Part shown: in pieces, positions 9,465 to 20,044 of the stretch
How the letters are laid out: the number at the start of each line of letters is the position of its first letter
Numbering within the stretch: the first letter of the stretch is position 1
DNA from: Candidatus Hydrogenedentota bacterium
Lineage (GTDB): Bacteria > Hydrogenedentota > Hydrogenedentia > Hydrogenedentales > G963678445
Assembly (NCBI GenBank): GCA_963678445.1
Contig: OY782877.1
Location: 1,685,778-1,749,777 of the forward strand
Reading direction: 5' to 3'
DNA length: 64,000 bases
Translations under genes and position numbers: made by a program
Notes under the pieces: generated by a model
The model's input: only the letters and a program-made list of their open reading frames with translations
Database searches by the model: none
Told to the model about the DNA's origin: nothing

Positions 9465-11968
9465 GCTCCTCCCGATAAGGGGATCACGTTTTTATTTTTA
9501 CCCGAGTCCTTGTCAGCGTCGGGGTACGATACCCGGGTGTGCAGCATCGTAATGATGCGTCGGCTAACTACTTCTTTAATAGTATCAAGTTGCTTCAAAG
9601 TCAAGTTACTGTCGTCGAATTGGCGTCCTTCGGAGCGCGCGGCTACGATTTTTTCGACGAATTCGCGAATGCGTTCCTCGTTGGGGTTTTTAATGGACCG
9701 CACACCGGATTCAACGGCGTCGCAGATCATTAATATCGCCGTTTCGGGACTTTGGGGTTTGGGGCCGGGATAACGAAAGTCTTCTTCGCGCACGTCGTCA
9801 TGCTTGTTTTGTTCGAGTGCTTGCTGGTAGAAGAAGCCGATCAGACATGTGCCGTGGTGTTCCAAAATGCCGTCTACAATCGGCTTGGGAAGGTGGTAGT
9901 TGCGGGCCATCTCAACGCCTTTGAGTACGTGGGAGGCAATGGCGCGCGCACTCAGGCGCGGTGCAAGTTCGTCGTGAATGTTGTAGCCCTGCTGGTTTTC
10001 GGAGAAGTACTCTGAGCGCCACATTTTGCCGATGTCGTGGTAGTAGGCGCAGACTCGTGCCAACAGGCCGTTGGCGCCAACGGCGTCTGCAGCAGCTTCG
10101 GCCAACTGCCCCAGCATCAAACTGTGTGCGTAGGTGGCCGGGGCTTTGATGGCAAGCTGGCTCATTACTTCATTGTTCAGATCGGAGTATTCGAGTAATT
10201 GGATATCGGTGGTAATGCCGAAGAGACGTTCGAAGGGGGACAGCAGGCCGGGCACGGTTAGCAGGCAGACGCCTCCGTTGAGAGCGATGAGCAGCAGGCG
10301 GCGGCCTCCGGTTGCTGCGACAAGCGAGTTGGTGGCGAGCAGGATTGCGGCCATGGCAAACAGACCCACTAATGTGGCTTTGATCGATGCGGCGGCCATG
10401 TCGCTACGACGACGCACTTTGTAGATACTGAAAACGCCCGCAAGGGACATGGCGCCAAGTACGAAAAAAAGACGCCAATCGTATCCATACTGTGCGGAGA
10501 CTAGCAGGGCAATCAAAATGCTGAGCATCGCAGCCAGACGCACGCTGACCAATACGGCGTACAGTATGCCTACTGCCGCTACGGGCAGCAGGTATCCGGT
10601 GGGTTGGAAGTAGAGTGCAATTCGTCCAACGATCAGGGTAATACACATCAACAGTAGCGCCAGGTTTACGTGGGCGAGGGAGTAGGTTTCTGTATTTTCC
10701 CCCCGTAGTAGTCCCATACTTCGAAAAAGACCCGTAAGCACCATGGCGGCCAGTATCATGTGTGAAAGCAGTATGTTAATAATACGCTGTTGTGGCTTTT
10801 GCTCGTTTTCGAGAATAGACAGGTAGGTATTTACGTCGGAACGACTCTGCGCCGTCCAGCGTTTACCCCGGTCCTGGATGATTTCGCCGGGCTCGATGCT
10901 TTTCATGACCGGCGCAATGGATTCTGAAGCACGTTCGAGCGCACCCGCCATAAAAACCTTGTCATAGCGGATCGTGTCCACAAGTGCGGGCTGCACCATC
11001 GGCAATCCGGCATCGTGCAGCTTGGCCCATTCCACCTGTAGCTCAAGGGCAACGGATTTTGCGGTTTCCTGCAGGCGCTGACTCAACACTTCTGCAGCCT
11101 CTTCCACATCGGGCACTTGCTCCATGGCAAGCTGGCTGGAGACGTGCTGATCGTCCTGTAACATGTCACGCAGGATCACGATTTCCTTGTCGCCCCCCAT
11201 AGCAGCGGTACGCACGCCTTGGTGGAGTACGTAGCGGAGGCTTTCAAGCGCAAGCGTTTCCAGATGCTCCGCCAGCGAGAAGAAAAAAGGGGGAACCTCT
11301 TCTGGTTGGAGTGCAATCACAGGCCGGGGAAGCTCTTGGGGGGGTATGGCTTCGCCTTCCGTCTCCACTTCTGCGGGCGGGGTCTCGGCAGGGGGGGCAA
11401 ACTGACGTTTGGGCAAGCTGTCTTTGTCTGGGGTCAACCACAAGTTAAGCGCTGCTGCTTCCGGCAAATCTGCCCATTCAGGCGTTTCTTTGAGTGCCGC
11501 GACATGCGTTGCAACCACGGTCTGAACAATGTCTTCAGCGCGTTGTGTGGAATCCGACTGACGCAGGGTCTCAAGGATGGCATTTTGTATTGCTGGACGC
11601 TGCTCGCGGATGCGCGTGATTCGATTGCGCACGATGGAAAGCTGACGGTTAACCAGATCTTGATCGATTCGATAATGGGGGGGCACCTTTTCCCGTGCCT
11701 CCTCGCGTGCTTGTTGGGTCGCTTTGAGGTTGGGCGCTTCAAAATAGAAAGCCGTTCGGATTTCTGTCGATGCAATGGGGGCGTCCATATCCGCCACGAG
11801 CATTTTTTCGCTTTCGGGCAGACGCGTGAGTGCGGCAACAATGATGACATAGGCGACCAGCACCACTAGCATCTGCGCAGGACGGCGCAATGGGGTGCGT
11901 TGCTTTGCTTCTGGCACGCGTTGGGCGAAACGACCTACGCGCGGTTTTCGTTGGCCAAAGCCTATCAT
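9461..11968 (-). CDS. pgpH: 7TM-receptor with intracellular HD hydrolase domain (7TMR-HDED, PgpH/YqfF-like)
   Basis: Large N-terminal extracytoplasmic region, seven TM helices, C-terminal HD domain (YHDIGK...); 4-nt overlaps with ybeY and phoH. Confidence 0.75.
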   Translation of the reverse strand: MIGFGQRKPRVGRFAQRVPEAKQRTPLRRPAQMLVVLVAYVIIVAALTRLPESEKMLVADMDAPIASTEIRTAFYFEAPNLKATQQAREEAREKVPPHYRIDQDLVNRQLSIVRNRITRIREQRPAIQNAILETLRQSDSTQRAEDIVQTVVATHVAALKETPEWADLPEAAALNLWLTPDKDSLPKRQFAPPAETPPAEVETEGEAIPPQELPRPVIALQPEEVPPFFFSLAEHLETLALESLRYVLHQGVRTAAMGGDKEIVILRDMLQDDQHVSSQLAMEQVPDVEEAAEVLSQRLQETAKSVALELQVEWAKLHDAGLPMVQPALVDTIRYDKVFMAGALERASESIAPVMKSIEPGEIIQDRGKRWTAQSRSDVNTYLSILENEQKPQQRIINILLSHMILAAMVLTGLFRSMGLLRGENTETYSLAHVNLALLLMCITLIVGRIALYFQPTGYLLPVAAVGILYAVLVSVRLAAMLSILIALLVSAQYGYDWRLFFVLGAMSLAGVFSIYKVRRRSDMAAASIKATLVGLFAMAAILLATNSLVAATGGRRLLLIALNGGVCLLTVPGLLSPFERLFGITTDIQLLEYSDLNNEVMSQLAIKAPATYAHSLMLGQLAEAAADAVGANGLLARVCAYYHDIGKMWRSEYFSENQQGYNIHDELAPRLSARAIASHVLKGVEMARNYHLPKPIVDGILEHHGTCLIGFFYQQALEQNKHDDVREEDFRYPGPKPQSPETAILMICDAVESGVRSIKNPNEERIREFVEKIVAARSEGRQFDDSNLTLKQLDTIKEVVSRRIITMLHTRVSYPDADKDSGKNKNVIPLSGGA

Positions 11969-12888
11969 TTAGGTGTATTCCCTTGTGCCTCACGCATAGG
12001 AGAATCGCCCTCACTCTCCCCATCGCGTTCATAAGCGTCAACGATACGCTGTACAAGTGGATTACGCACGACATCGGACTTGGTAAGACGCACGATACCG
12101 ATTCCGGGAATATTCTGCAATACGCGGCGTGCGTCGACAATGCCCGAGGTAACGTTCTTGGGCAGATCGACTTGGGTGATATCTCCAGTCACCACGGCAC
12201 GCGATCCCATGCCAAGCCGTGTGAGAAACATCAGCATCTGGTCGCTGGTCGTATTCTGTGCTTCATCCAGGATCACAAAGGCCTGATCCAGGGTGCGACC
12301 GCGCATGAAGGCAAGCGGCGCCACTTCGATACGCTGTTCGTCAATAAGACGGCGCGCACGCGACATGTCTACCATTGAATAGAGTGCATCGTATAAGGGG
12401 CGCAGATATGGATTGACCTTTTGCTCCAGATCGCCAGGAAGAAAGCCGAGGCTTTCACCTGCTTCTACTGCCGGCCGGGTAAGGATGATGCGTTTCACCT
12501 GGCGGTTGAGCATGGCGGAAACGGCCGCCGCCATGGCAAGGTAGGTTTTACCTGTACCGGCAGGGCCGATGACCAGGGTCATTTCATGTTCACGAATCGC
12601 ATCCAGATAGCGTTTTTGTCCACGTGTGCGTGCACGGATACGAATATCATCGCGCAGCACGGTATGGCGTTCTGCAAAGGTATCGTCATCTGCTTCCGGC
12701 TCATTTTGATTGCAAAAAGCGATGTCGATATCAGCCAATGTTGGTGCATGGCCATCGCGCACGGCACGCAACATGCCCAGGAGCATTTTTTCTACCCGTG
12801 CAGCGGCTTCCGGTTCGCCTATGATGACGATCTTGGCGCCGCGGTCCACAATCCGTACCCGCGTTACTTCTTGGATACGACGTCGCAA
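11965..12888 (-). CDS. phoH: PhoH-like ATPase (PhoH/YbeZ family)
   Basis: Walker [15 protein letters not shown] and PhoH-type C-terminal region; TTG start as listed, true start may differ. Confidence 0.85.
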   Translation of the reverse strand: MRRRIQEVTRVRIVDRGAKIVIIGEPEAAARVEKMLLGMLRAVRDGHAPTLADIDIAFCNQNEPEADDDTFAERHTVLRDDIRIRARTRGQKRYLDAIREHEMTLVIGPAGTGKTYLAMAAAVSAMLNRQVKRIILTRPAVEAGESLGFLPGDLEQKVNPYLRPLYDALYSMVDMSRARRLIDEQRIEVAPLAFMRGRTLDQAFVILDEAQNTTSDQMLMFLTRLGMGSRAVVTGDITQVDLPKNVTSGIVDARRVLQNIPGIGIVRLTKSDVVRNPLVQRIVDAYERDGESEGDSPMREAQGNTPK

Positions 12889-12997
12889 TTCGCCATTTTG
12901 GCCCAGGAGCTGTATTGCCTCATCCTGGCTCTGTAATAGGATCTCGTGACTCAGTTTTTTAATGCCTCAATGCTTGAACGTAAACTACAGCAGGGTT

Positions 12998-13303
12998 TTA
13001 TTCGGTCGTCGATTTTGGTTGAATACGATAAATGGTTTCCCCCTCACGCACAAGGCGTTTAATGTGACGGATAGCCGCTTCGAGCTCCAACGGATCTGCA
13101 TCGAGATCTTTGACGCGCTGTTGCGCGCGGCTTACTTGCTCTTCGAACGCATCCACCTGGCGTTGCATGCTGCGCACTTGCTCTTCGCGTTGCTGATATT
13201 GGGCGTAGCGTCCCAGCAGGTCGCGCTGCACGGCATAGGCCGCCGAAAGCGACGCCACGGCAATGAATGTCACGATGTACCATTTATAGCTTTTTGTTTT
13301 CAT
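12998..13303 (-). CDS. ftsB: Septum formation initiator (FtsB/DivIC-like) small bitopic coiled-coil protein
   Basis: N-terminal TM (WYIVTFIAVASLSAAYAV) followed by a heptad-rich coiled coil; position just downstream of eno is typical. Confidence 0.55.
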   Translation of the reverse strand: MKTKSYKWYIVTFIAVASLSAAYAVQRDLLGRYAQYQQREEQVRSMQRQVDAFEEQVSRAQQRVKDLDADPLELEAAIRHIKRLVREGETIYRIQPKSTTE

Positions 13304-13348
13304 CAACTGCGCGGGGAGGCGCAACGCCTCCCCGCACCCTCCAACAGG

Positions 13349-14671
<1,323 letters not shown>

Positions 14672-14957
14672 CTACCGCAGCCCAACGCAGGGAGCAAGTA
14701 GAAACCTTCACCGGCCCAGATAGCGTTTCCCTTCCGAATCAGGGAGCGACACGAGTATTCATGCCCACTCTGATGGTCCTCATCTCCGGAGAATGTCGAC
14801 TATCCTTACATTATATAATATCTACACCGCTCCTGGGGAACGGTCTTCTTTTTTTGTGAAGCACGCAGCACTGTCTATCGGCTAAGCGACTGCGTATGCA
14901 CTGCATTATAATGCAGATGCCCCCTGTATTGCAGCAATGACGCCTGCATGTCGTCGA

Positions 14958-15758
14958 TTATCCCTTCCAGGGGAAAAGATAATCGCGCAGCCCCCGGTTC
15001 AAATAGTCATCCTGCTCATCGTATTCAACAGGCAAACGCCTGTTGGGCGCTGCAACGCCTTGCGCTATTTGCGTTTCGATATATGCATACTTGCGCGAAA
15101 GCATTTCATACGCGCTGCACCGTAACACGACATAGGCGGGCAGGGCGAAAAACAGGGCAAATGGTGGAAATAGCGACAGAACAAGCAGTATCAGGAGTAC
15201 TATCGCTAATTTCATACAAAAAAAGGGGTTATCCAGCAGTAGAAGTATGGAAAGCCGAAAAATAGCCCACGGCCGTTCCTCTTTAAATACTAATGCGGGA
15301 CCGCCCAAAAATGCGGCCAAGACCGCACCTATGACACCCCAAAAGGCCACGCTGCTAAGCGCATATCCCAACCAGAGAAGGGATTGTGGGACACGCATCG
15401 CGTAGAACCACACGCTTAGACTCAGACAAAACAGCACAGCCATGTATTCGTAGGACAGAAGCACGGCCTGTGTGGCATGGCGGCGCATACCGCTAAAAAA
15501 GGTGCGTAGCGTGCTATCCTGTAGTTCGATGCATTCCTTCACCATCGCCGCCATGCCCACGTTAAGGATCGGCAAGACTCCGAGGAAAAGCAGAAGCACG
15601 AGCATTCCGGCAAAAGCCCAGGCGCCACTTGCGCATGCCGCATAGAGTAGCATCAATATCGGCACCAGCATGAGCATACAGAACATATTGGCTAGCAGCA
15701 GCTTCCCCAAGTGGTCGTAGTAGACCCCAAAGGCGATTTTCAACGTGCGCGTTACCAT
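14958..15758 (-). CDS. Polytopic membrane protein (DUF624/YesL-like)
   Basis: 6-7 TM helices; start set at MVTRTLKIAFG because the longer TTG-start ORF runs through the repeated leader element. Confidence 0.4.
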   Translation of the reverse strand: MVTRTLKIAFGVYYDHLGKLLLANMFCMLMLVPILMLLYAACASGAWAFAGMLVLLLFLGVLPILNVGMAAMVKECIELQDSTLRTFFSGMRRHATQAVLLSYEYMAVLFCLSLSVWFYAMRVPQSLLWLGYALSSVAFWGVIGAVLAAFLGGPALVFKEERPWAIFRLSILLLLDNPFFCMKLAIVLLILLVLSLFPPFALFFALPAYVVLRCSAYEMLSRKYAYIETQIAQGVAAPNRRLPVEYDEQDDYLNRGLRDYLFPWKG

Positions 15759-15781
15759 ACCGAAACCAAAACCGTGTGTCG

Positions 15782-15886
15782 TCCTAAAGCGGTCCAGCGA
15801 CCACAAGGTGCTCAAAGGCACACCCAAGAAATATGGTCCTTACCGTCGCTGACCGCAGCAAAAAGTTCTTTTTTTTATGACAGCTC
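15782..15886 (-). promoter_or_regulatory. Copy B of the repeated promoter/leader element (minus strand), 23 nt upstream of the ATG at 15758
   Basis: The reverse complement reads agctgtcataaaaaaaagaactttttgctgcggtcagcgacggtaaggaccatatttcttgggtgtgcctttgagcaccttgtggtcgctggaccgctttagga; about 90% identical to copy C over about 60 nt. Confidence 0.65.
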
Positions 15887-15914
15887 TTCAGATGCCTGGC
15901 ACCAACAAAAGGGA

Positions 15915-16901
15915 CTACAGGAACACCCGAACCCGGCTTCGTTTGCGTAGTTCCCCCATCCACTTTTGGTAGCGCTCATCGGCGTATTGAGCACGCAATA
16001 ACGGCTCTATTTCCGTACGCACTTCTTCGTAAGACGCTACACCTGCAGCTTCTTTCTTTTGTGCTTTAAGTACGTGAAATCCCCATTCGGTCTCGACGAC
16101 CTCGCTTATTTCGCCTTGTTCAAGGGAAAAGACGACTTTTTCCAAGGTTTCCACCAAGTCGCCCCGCATCACCCAGCCAACCAGCCCGCCAGTCTCCGCA
16201 TCGGGACCTTCTGAATATTTTTTGGCTATCGCCTCAAAATCAGCGCCGGAAACTAGCTCCTGGCGTAGTGCCTGTAATTGGGCTTTGGTTTTGGCGCGTG
16301 ATGCGGTCTCTTTTTCTGCAGTAAGAAAAATCCTGTATAGCTGGACTCGTTCCGGACGTGAATAATCGGCTACGTGGTCCTGATAATATTGCGCCATTTC
16401 GCTTTCCGATATGACCGCCTCTTTTTCCAGGTCGTGCCGTTTACGCATTCCCATGGAAATCGCCATGATCTGTTTGCGCATGCGCTCCCGAAAATCGCGC
16501 ATGGTCTCTCCAGCCTCCTCCAGCACCTTCAAAAAGGCCTCTTCGGAATCGTATTGCTTCTTGATCTTCTGTAATCGTTCTTCCACATCTTCATCCGCCA
16601 CCTCCAGGCCTGCCAATTGCGCCTCACGGTACAAAATCTTGCGTTCAATCGCTGTATCCAGCGCCTCACGAAGCGCCTTGTCAACTTCACGGTGATAGGC
16701 TTCCTGGGAAGTCGCTTGCGCCTGGATCGTGGACAGTAAGGGGCCTATCTCTTCCATTAGGTCACTTTGCAAAATGGGCTCATCGGAAACGGTGGCCACC
16801 ACACCATCTATGATTTCCGCATGCACATGCGGCAGCATCAGGCCTGCCCACAATACTGTCGCCAGTATCCCTATGCCATTCCCTACTACCACTCGTTTCA
16901 T
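15915..16901 (-). CDS. surA: SurA-like periplasmic chaperone / parvulin-type peptidyl-prolyl isomerase
   Basis: Signal peptide at internal start MKRVVVGNGIGILATVLWAGLMLPHVHA; SurA-N-like helical region; C-terminal PpiC rotamase block (FSLEQGEISEVVETEWGFHVLK). Confidence 0.65.
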   Translation of the reverse strand: MKRVVVGNGIGILATVLWAGLMLPHVHAEIIDGVVATVSDEPILQSDLMEEIGPLLSTIQAQATSQEAYHREVDKALREALDTAIERKILYREAQLAGLEVADEDVEERLQKIKKQYDSEEAFLKVLEEAGETMRDFRERMRKQIMAISMGMRKRHDLEKEAVISESEMAQYYQDHVADYSRPERVQLYRIFLTAEKETASRAKTKAQLQALRQELVSGADFEAIAKKYSEGPDAETGGLVGWVMRGDLVETLEKVVFSLEQGEISEVVETEWGFHVLKAQKKEAAGVASYEEVRTEIEPLLRAQYADERYQKWMGELRKRSRVRVFL

Positions 16902-17131
16902 ATGCAGTATTCCTTCACTTGTACTACCCAAGTTTGTGTTATCCGGAATTAGATCTTGTTCGGTACGTAATTGAGGTACTGCGGAAGGATAGCACAGGTC
17001 AGTATTTGCGCACAAAACCGCGGCGGCGCACGTAATGCCGTAAAGATGCAAACAAGGCCTGAAACATGGTGCTTGAGGGAATGCGAACGCAGCGGGAAAC
17101 GCAGCCGCAGGTGGTGTCGCTGGCGGAACGG

Positions 17132-18439
17132 TCAGTCTTTTAGCGCAACCGTATACCCCAGGGCGCACACCGTCTGCACCAGGGCTTCGTATGATACGTT
17201 TTCCCCGGTAACCGTGGCTTCGCCCGTAGCCAAATCGACGTGTGCGGTTTCCACGCCTTCTATTTCACGTAATGCGCGGGTCACGGTGGCTACACAGTGT
17301 GAACATCGCATGCCGTCGATCTGGAATGCGTGTGTTTGTGTGGCGCTGTCGAGCGTCTTTTCATTATCTTCCTGCGCTTCGGCAGATGAATGTGGATGGG
17401 CGAACCAACGGCTTCCCAGCAAGACGCCTAATAGAAGCAACGCGGCAATGTGGTTCCACCAGGGCGAAGCTGCGGCATGGGCAGCATGCGTCTGTAGTAT
17501 GGCGCCGTGTGGGGGGAAAGCATTAAAAATCGCATCAAGGCAAAGACCGGAAAGCAATGCGCCTAGCGCAACGGTAATGATGTAAATGATCGCTGTACGG
17601 CGTCCAAGTACCTTCCAAATAACCGATATGGCGGCGGCGTTGGTGGCGGGACCGGTGATGAGAAAGACAAGCGCCGCCCCTGGCGAGGCGCCCATGTGCA
17701 TAAAACCGACCGCAATGGGAATGGATGCAGTGGAGCAGACGTAGATGGGGATGCCTACCAGCATCATGAGCAGCATGGCGACGAGTCCGCCACCCAGATA
17801 GGCCGCAAATGCATTTTGCGGTAATAGCGCCGAAATCAATGCGGCCAGAATAACGCCAAATAGCAGTGCGCGGGAAATATCGCCGGGAAGCGTGATGAAA
17901 CCATAGCGCAGGGCGCGCATCCATGCAGGATGTTTTTCTTTATCCGCGCAACACGCCGCAGTGCATGCCGCAGACACTTCCGAAGTCTTCGCCTCATCTA
18001 TCTTCTGCCGTTCGCTATCCCCCCATGCTACGGCCATGCCGCCAACCACGCCCATAATTAAGGCGGCAAGTGGTCGAAAAATGGCAAAGACCGGCCCCAG
18101 GAGGGCGTAGGTAGCCAGAATGGAATCTACACCGGTTTGTGGAGTAGACAGTAGAAAGCCGGTTGTCGCCCCTCGTCCCGCCCCATGGTTGCGGATGGAG
18201 GTGGCTACGGGGAGAACGCCGCAGGAACACAGGGGTAATGGCACGCCGAAAAGGGCGCTTTTAAATACGGGAAGAAAGCCGCGTCCTCCCAGATGACGTT
18301 CTACCCATTGTGGGGACAACGCCACGGAAAGACAACCGGCAATGAAAAAACCAAAGAGCAAATACGGGGCCATTTGTCCTAATACTTGCCAGGCTTCTAT
18401 GGCCGTTGTTGTAATGAAATCCGTCAGCATATCTAACAA
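17132..18439 (-). CDS. ArsP/DUF318-type permease fused to a C-terminal heavy-metal-associated (HMA) domain
   Basis: TM core with PLCSCGVLP (ArsP-like CSC motif), Cys cluster CTAACCADK, C-terminal GMRCSHC...ATGEATV ferredoxin-like HMA fold. Confidence 0.6.
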   Translation of the reverse strand: MLDMLTDFITTTAIEAWQVLGQMAPYLLFGFFIAGCLSVALSPQWVERHLGGRGFLPVFKSALFGVPLPLCSCGVLPVATSIRNHGAGRGATTGFLLSTPQTGVDSILATYALLGPVFAIFRPLAALIMGVVGGMAVAWGDSERQKIDEAKTSEVSAACTAACCADKEKHPAWMRALRYGFITLPGDISRALLFGVILAALISALLPQNAFAAYLGGGLVAMLLMMLVGIPIYVCSTASIPIAVGFMHMGASPGAALVFLITGPATNAAAISVIWKVLGRRTAIIYIITVALGALLSGLCLDAIFNAFPPHGAILQTHAAHAAASPWWNHIAALLLLGVLLGSRWFAHPHSSAEAQEDNEKTLDSATQTHAFQIDGMRCSHCVATVTRALREIEGVETAHVDLATGEATVTGENVSYEALVQTVCALGYTVALKD

Positions 18440-18906
18440 GTCTCCTGCGCGGCCTTACTATTCTATAGCAACATCTACGGCTAACCCGATATTCCAATAG
18501 TGAAACCCAGCCTTGCCCCTACGCAGTCAGAAAGGAAAAAAGGAGTAGTAAGCGTAGTGATTTCCAGGCCTTCGCCCTGATGGCAGGTTCGTTGTCGTCT
18601 CTGAGTGAACCCGTTTTGTTGCTTTTGTCGCTGTTTTTTTAATCTTTGGCCTTATCCCTCATGATTTTATGCATATTTGCCTTCATGGTACAATGCAACA
18701 GTGCAAAAAACCATAAAATACACATCGAACTTTGAAACGGTTAGCGACCGCAGCGAAAATTTCTTGATTACGGACAGGCTTTAGGCTTTAAGGCATTCCA
18801 GAGACCACAATAAAGTGGCCGGCGCCAGTCACAACCGCATGACACTTACGTATCTCTGGCAACGTGGGTTTCATTTTATACCATAATTTTGTGACTGACA
18901 CTTCAA

Positions 18907-19010
18907 AAGCTATCATAAAAAACGAAATTTTACTGCGGTCAGGGAAGGTAAGAATCATATTTCTTGGGTGTGGCCCTGGCCACCTTGTGGTCGCTGGACC
19001 GCTTTAGGAT
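18907..19010 (+). promoter_or_regulatory. Copy C of the repeated promoter/leader element; ends 24 nt before the ATG at 19035
   Basis: aagctatcataaaaaacgaaattttactgcggtcagggaaggtaagaatcatatttcttgggtgtggccctggccaccttgtggtcgctggaccgctttaggat; upstream gtgact N17 cataaa looks promoter-like. Confidence 0.65.
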
Positions 19011-19034
19011 TTTACTCATTAAGGCAGTACGTAG

Positions 19035-19790
19035 ATGTGCGCATCTGAATCGACAAATGAACTTAAACCTTTGCGTTTGGGGGAACCTTCGCCACGCGTG
19101 TTACGTTTTATTCGTAGCGCGGCGCACCTTTCCCTGATAAGCATGCTGGCGTTGTGGGTGCTGATGTTTTTGATCGAGGGGAAACCCTATGATCAGGTAT
19201 GGCAGGTGGTACTGGCGCAGTGCATGGGAGGGCGTGCCGGCGGGGTTGGCTTGGGCCTCCAAAAGGGTTTTAGTCCCTACTATCTTTTTTTTCACAGCAC
19301 AATGTATGATTTTATTATTATGTTGTACGTCTATCCCCTTTTTGTGTCGGGCTACCAATACATCTCTAACTGGCCGTTTATAGGAAAATTCTTCAAAAAA
19401 ACGCATGCGCTGGCCTTGCAGCATAAAAAGCATATTGCTCCTTATGGCGCTATTGGCCTTATGCTTTTTGTCGTTTTTCCTTTTTGGAGCACCGGACCGT
19501 TGGTAGGGGTTATCGTAGGCTACCTGATCGGGCTGCGCACCTGGGTTACTTTCAGCGCCGTCATCATTGGTAATATGAGCGCGGTGGCGGCATGGATTTG
19601 GGCCTATGATCGTTTGCAGTCCTGGAGCCCAAAACTCGCGTTGATTTTGCTCATTATCATCTTTGTACTCGCCATGGGCGGCACCTTCTTTGCCCGTTTC
19701 CGTCGTGCTCATCGCCATAAAGACGCTGTAGCCCACGAGGAGGAGGTAGCGGAAAAAACGACGGTGGACTCTGAAGAATCCAAGGGCTAA
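19035..19790 (+). CDS. Membrane protein (about 6 TM), possibly COG2426/small-multidrug-export-like; function unknown
   Basis: Hydrophobic profile; weak resemblance only; charged C-terminal tail. Confidence 0.45.
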   Translation: MCASESTNELKPLRLGEPSPRVLRFIRSAAHLSLISMLALWVLMFLIEGKPYDQVWQVVLAQCMGGRAGGVGLGLQKGFSPYYLFFHSTMYDFIIMLYVYPLFVSGYQYISNWPFIGKFFKKTHALALQHKKHIAPYGAIGLMLFVVFPFWSTGPLVGVIVGYLIGLRTWVTFSAVIIGNMSAVAAWIWAYDRLQSWSPKLALILLIIIFVLAMGGTFFARFRRAHRHKDAVAHEEEVAEKTTVDSEESKG

Positions 19791-20007
19791 AACGTCGCTT
19801 TCGCAAGCATGCCGGCACCTTTCCTTGGATACTGCAGGGCTAGATGGAATCTATGTTGTTTCTGTGCAGCCCAGCTGCTTTGGCGGCATGCACTATACCA
19901 GCACAGCAATGCCGAAATTCCAGCACGCGCAAGCAACCATTCTTTTACACCAGCAGACGAATATTCATTGATTTCAGTCTTTAAAAGCCCGTATTCTATG
20001 CTCATTG

Positions 20008-20037
20008 TGCTGTGACGTGATTAAAACTGCTGTGACG
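20008..20037 (+). promoter_or_regulatory. Two direct 10-mer repeats (tgctgtgacg) spaced 20 bp apart, ending 8 nt before the regulator's start codon; candidate operator
   Basis: Direct repeats read in sequence at 20008-20017 and 20028-20037. Confidence 0.25.
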
Positions 20038-20044
20038 GGAAAGT

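Noticed and set aside
12889-12940. Longer N-terminus for PhoH
   Set aside because: The upstream in-frame region has no ATG/GTG/TTG before the stop at about 12938. The apparent similarity to PhoH N-termini was my own recollection and could not be substantiated.
14898-14915. Perfect palindrome tgcattataatgca in the eno/DUF624 intergenic region
   Set aside because: It could be a -10 box, an operator or a terminator stem. A single occurrence with no flanking T-run or partner motif is too ambiguous to call.
18985-19004. Sigma-54 promoter (GG-N10-GC) within tggtcgctggaccgc
   Set aside because: It matches only the GG/GC spacing and not the TGGCAC/TTGCA context. Copy A lacks it. No enhancer-binding-protein gene is nearby.
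18961-19034. Possible leader peptide (LGVALATLWSLDRFR...) encoded in the repeated element
   Set aside because: The frame is in phase with the downstream gene only in copy B. Copy A has an 8-nt deletion that frameshifts it, and copy C runs into another frame. Conservation is at nucleotide and structure level, not peptide level.
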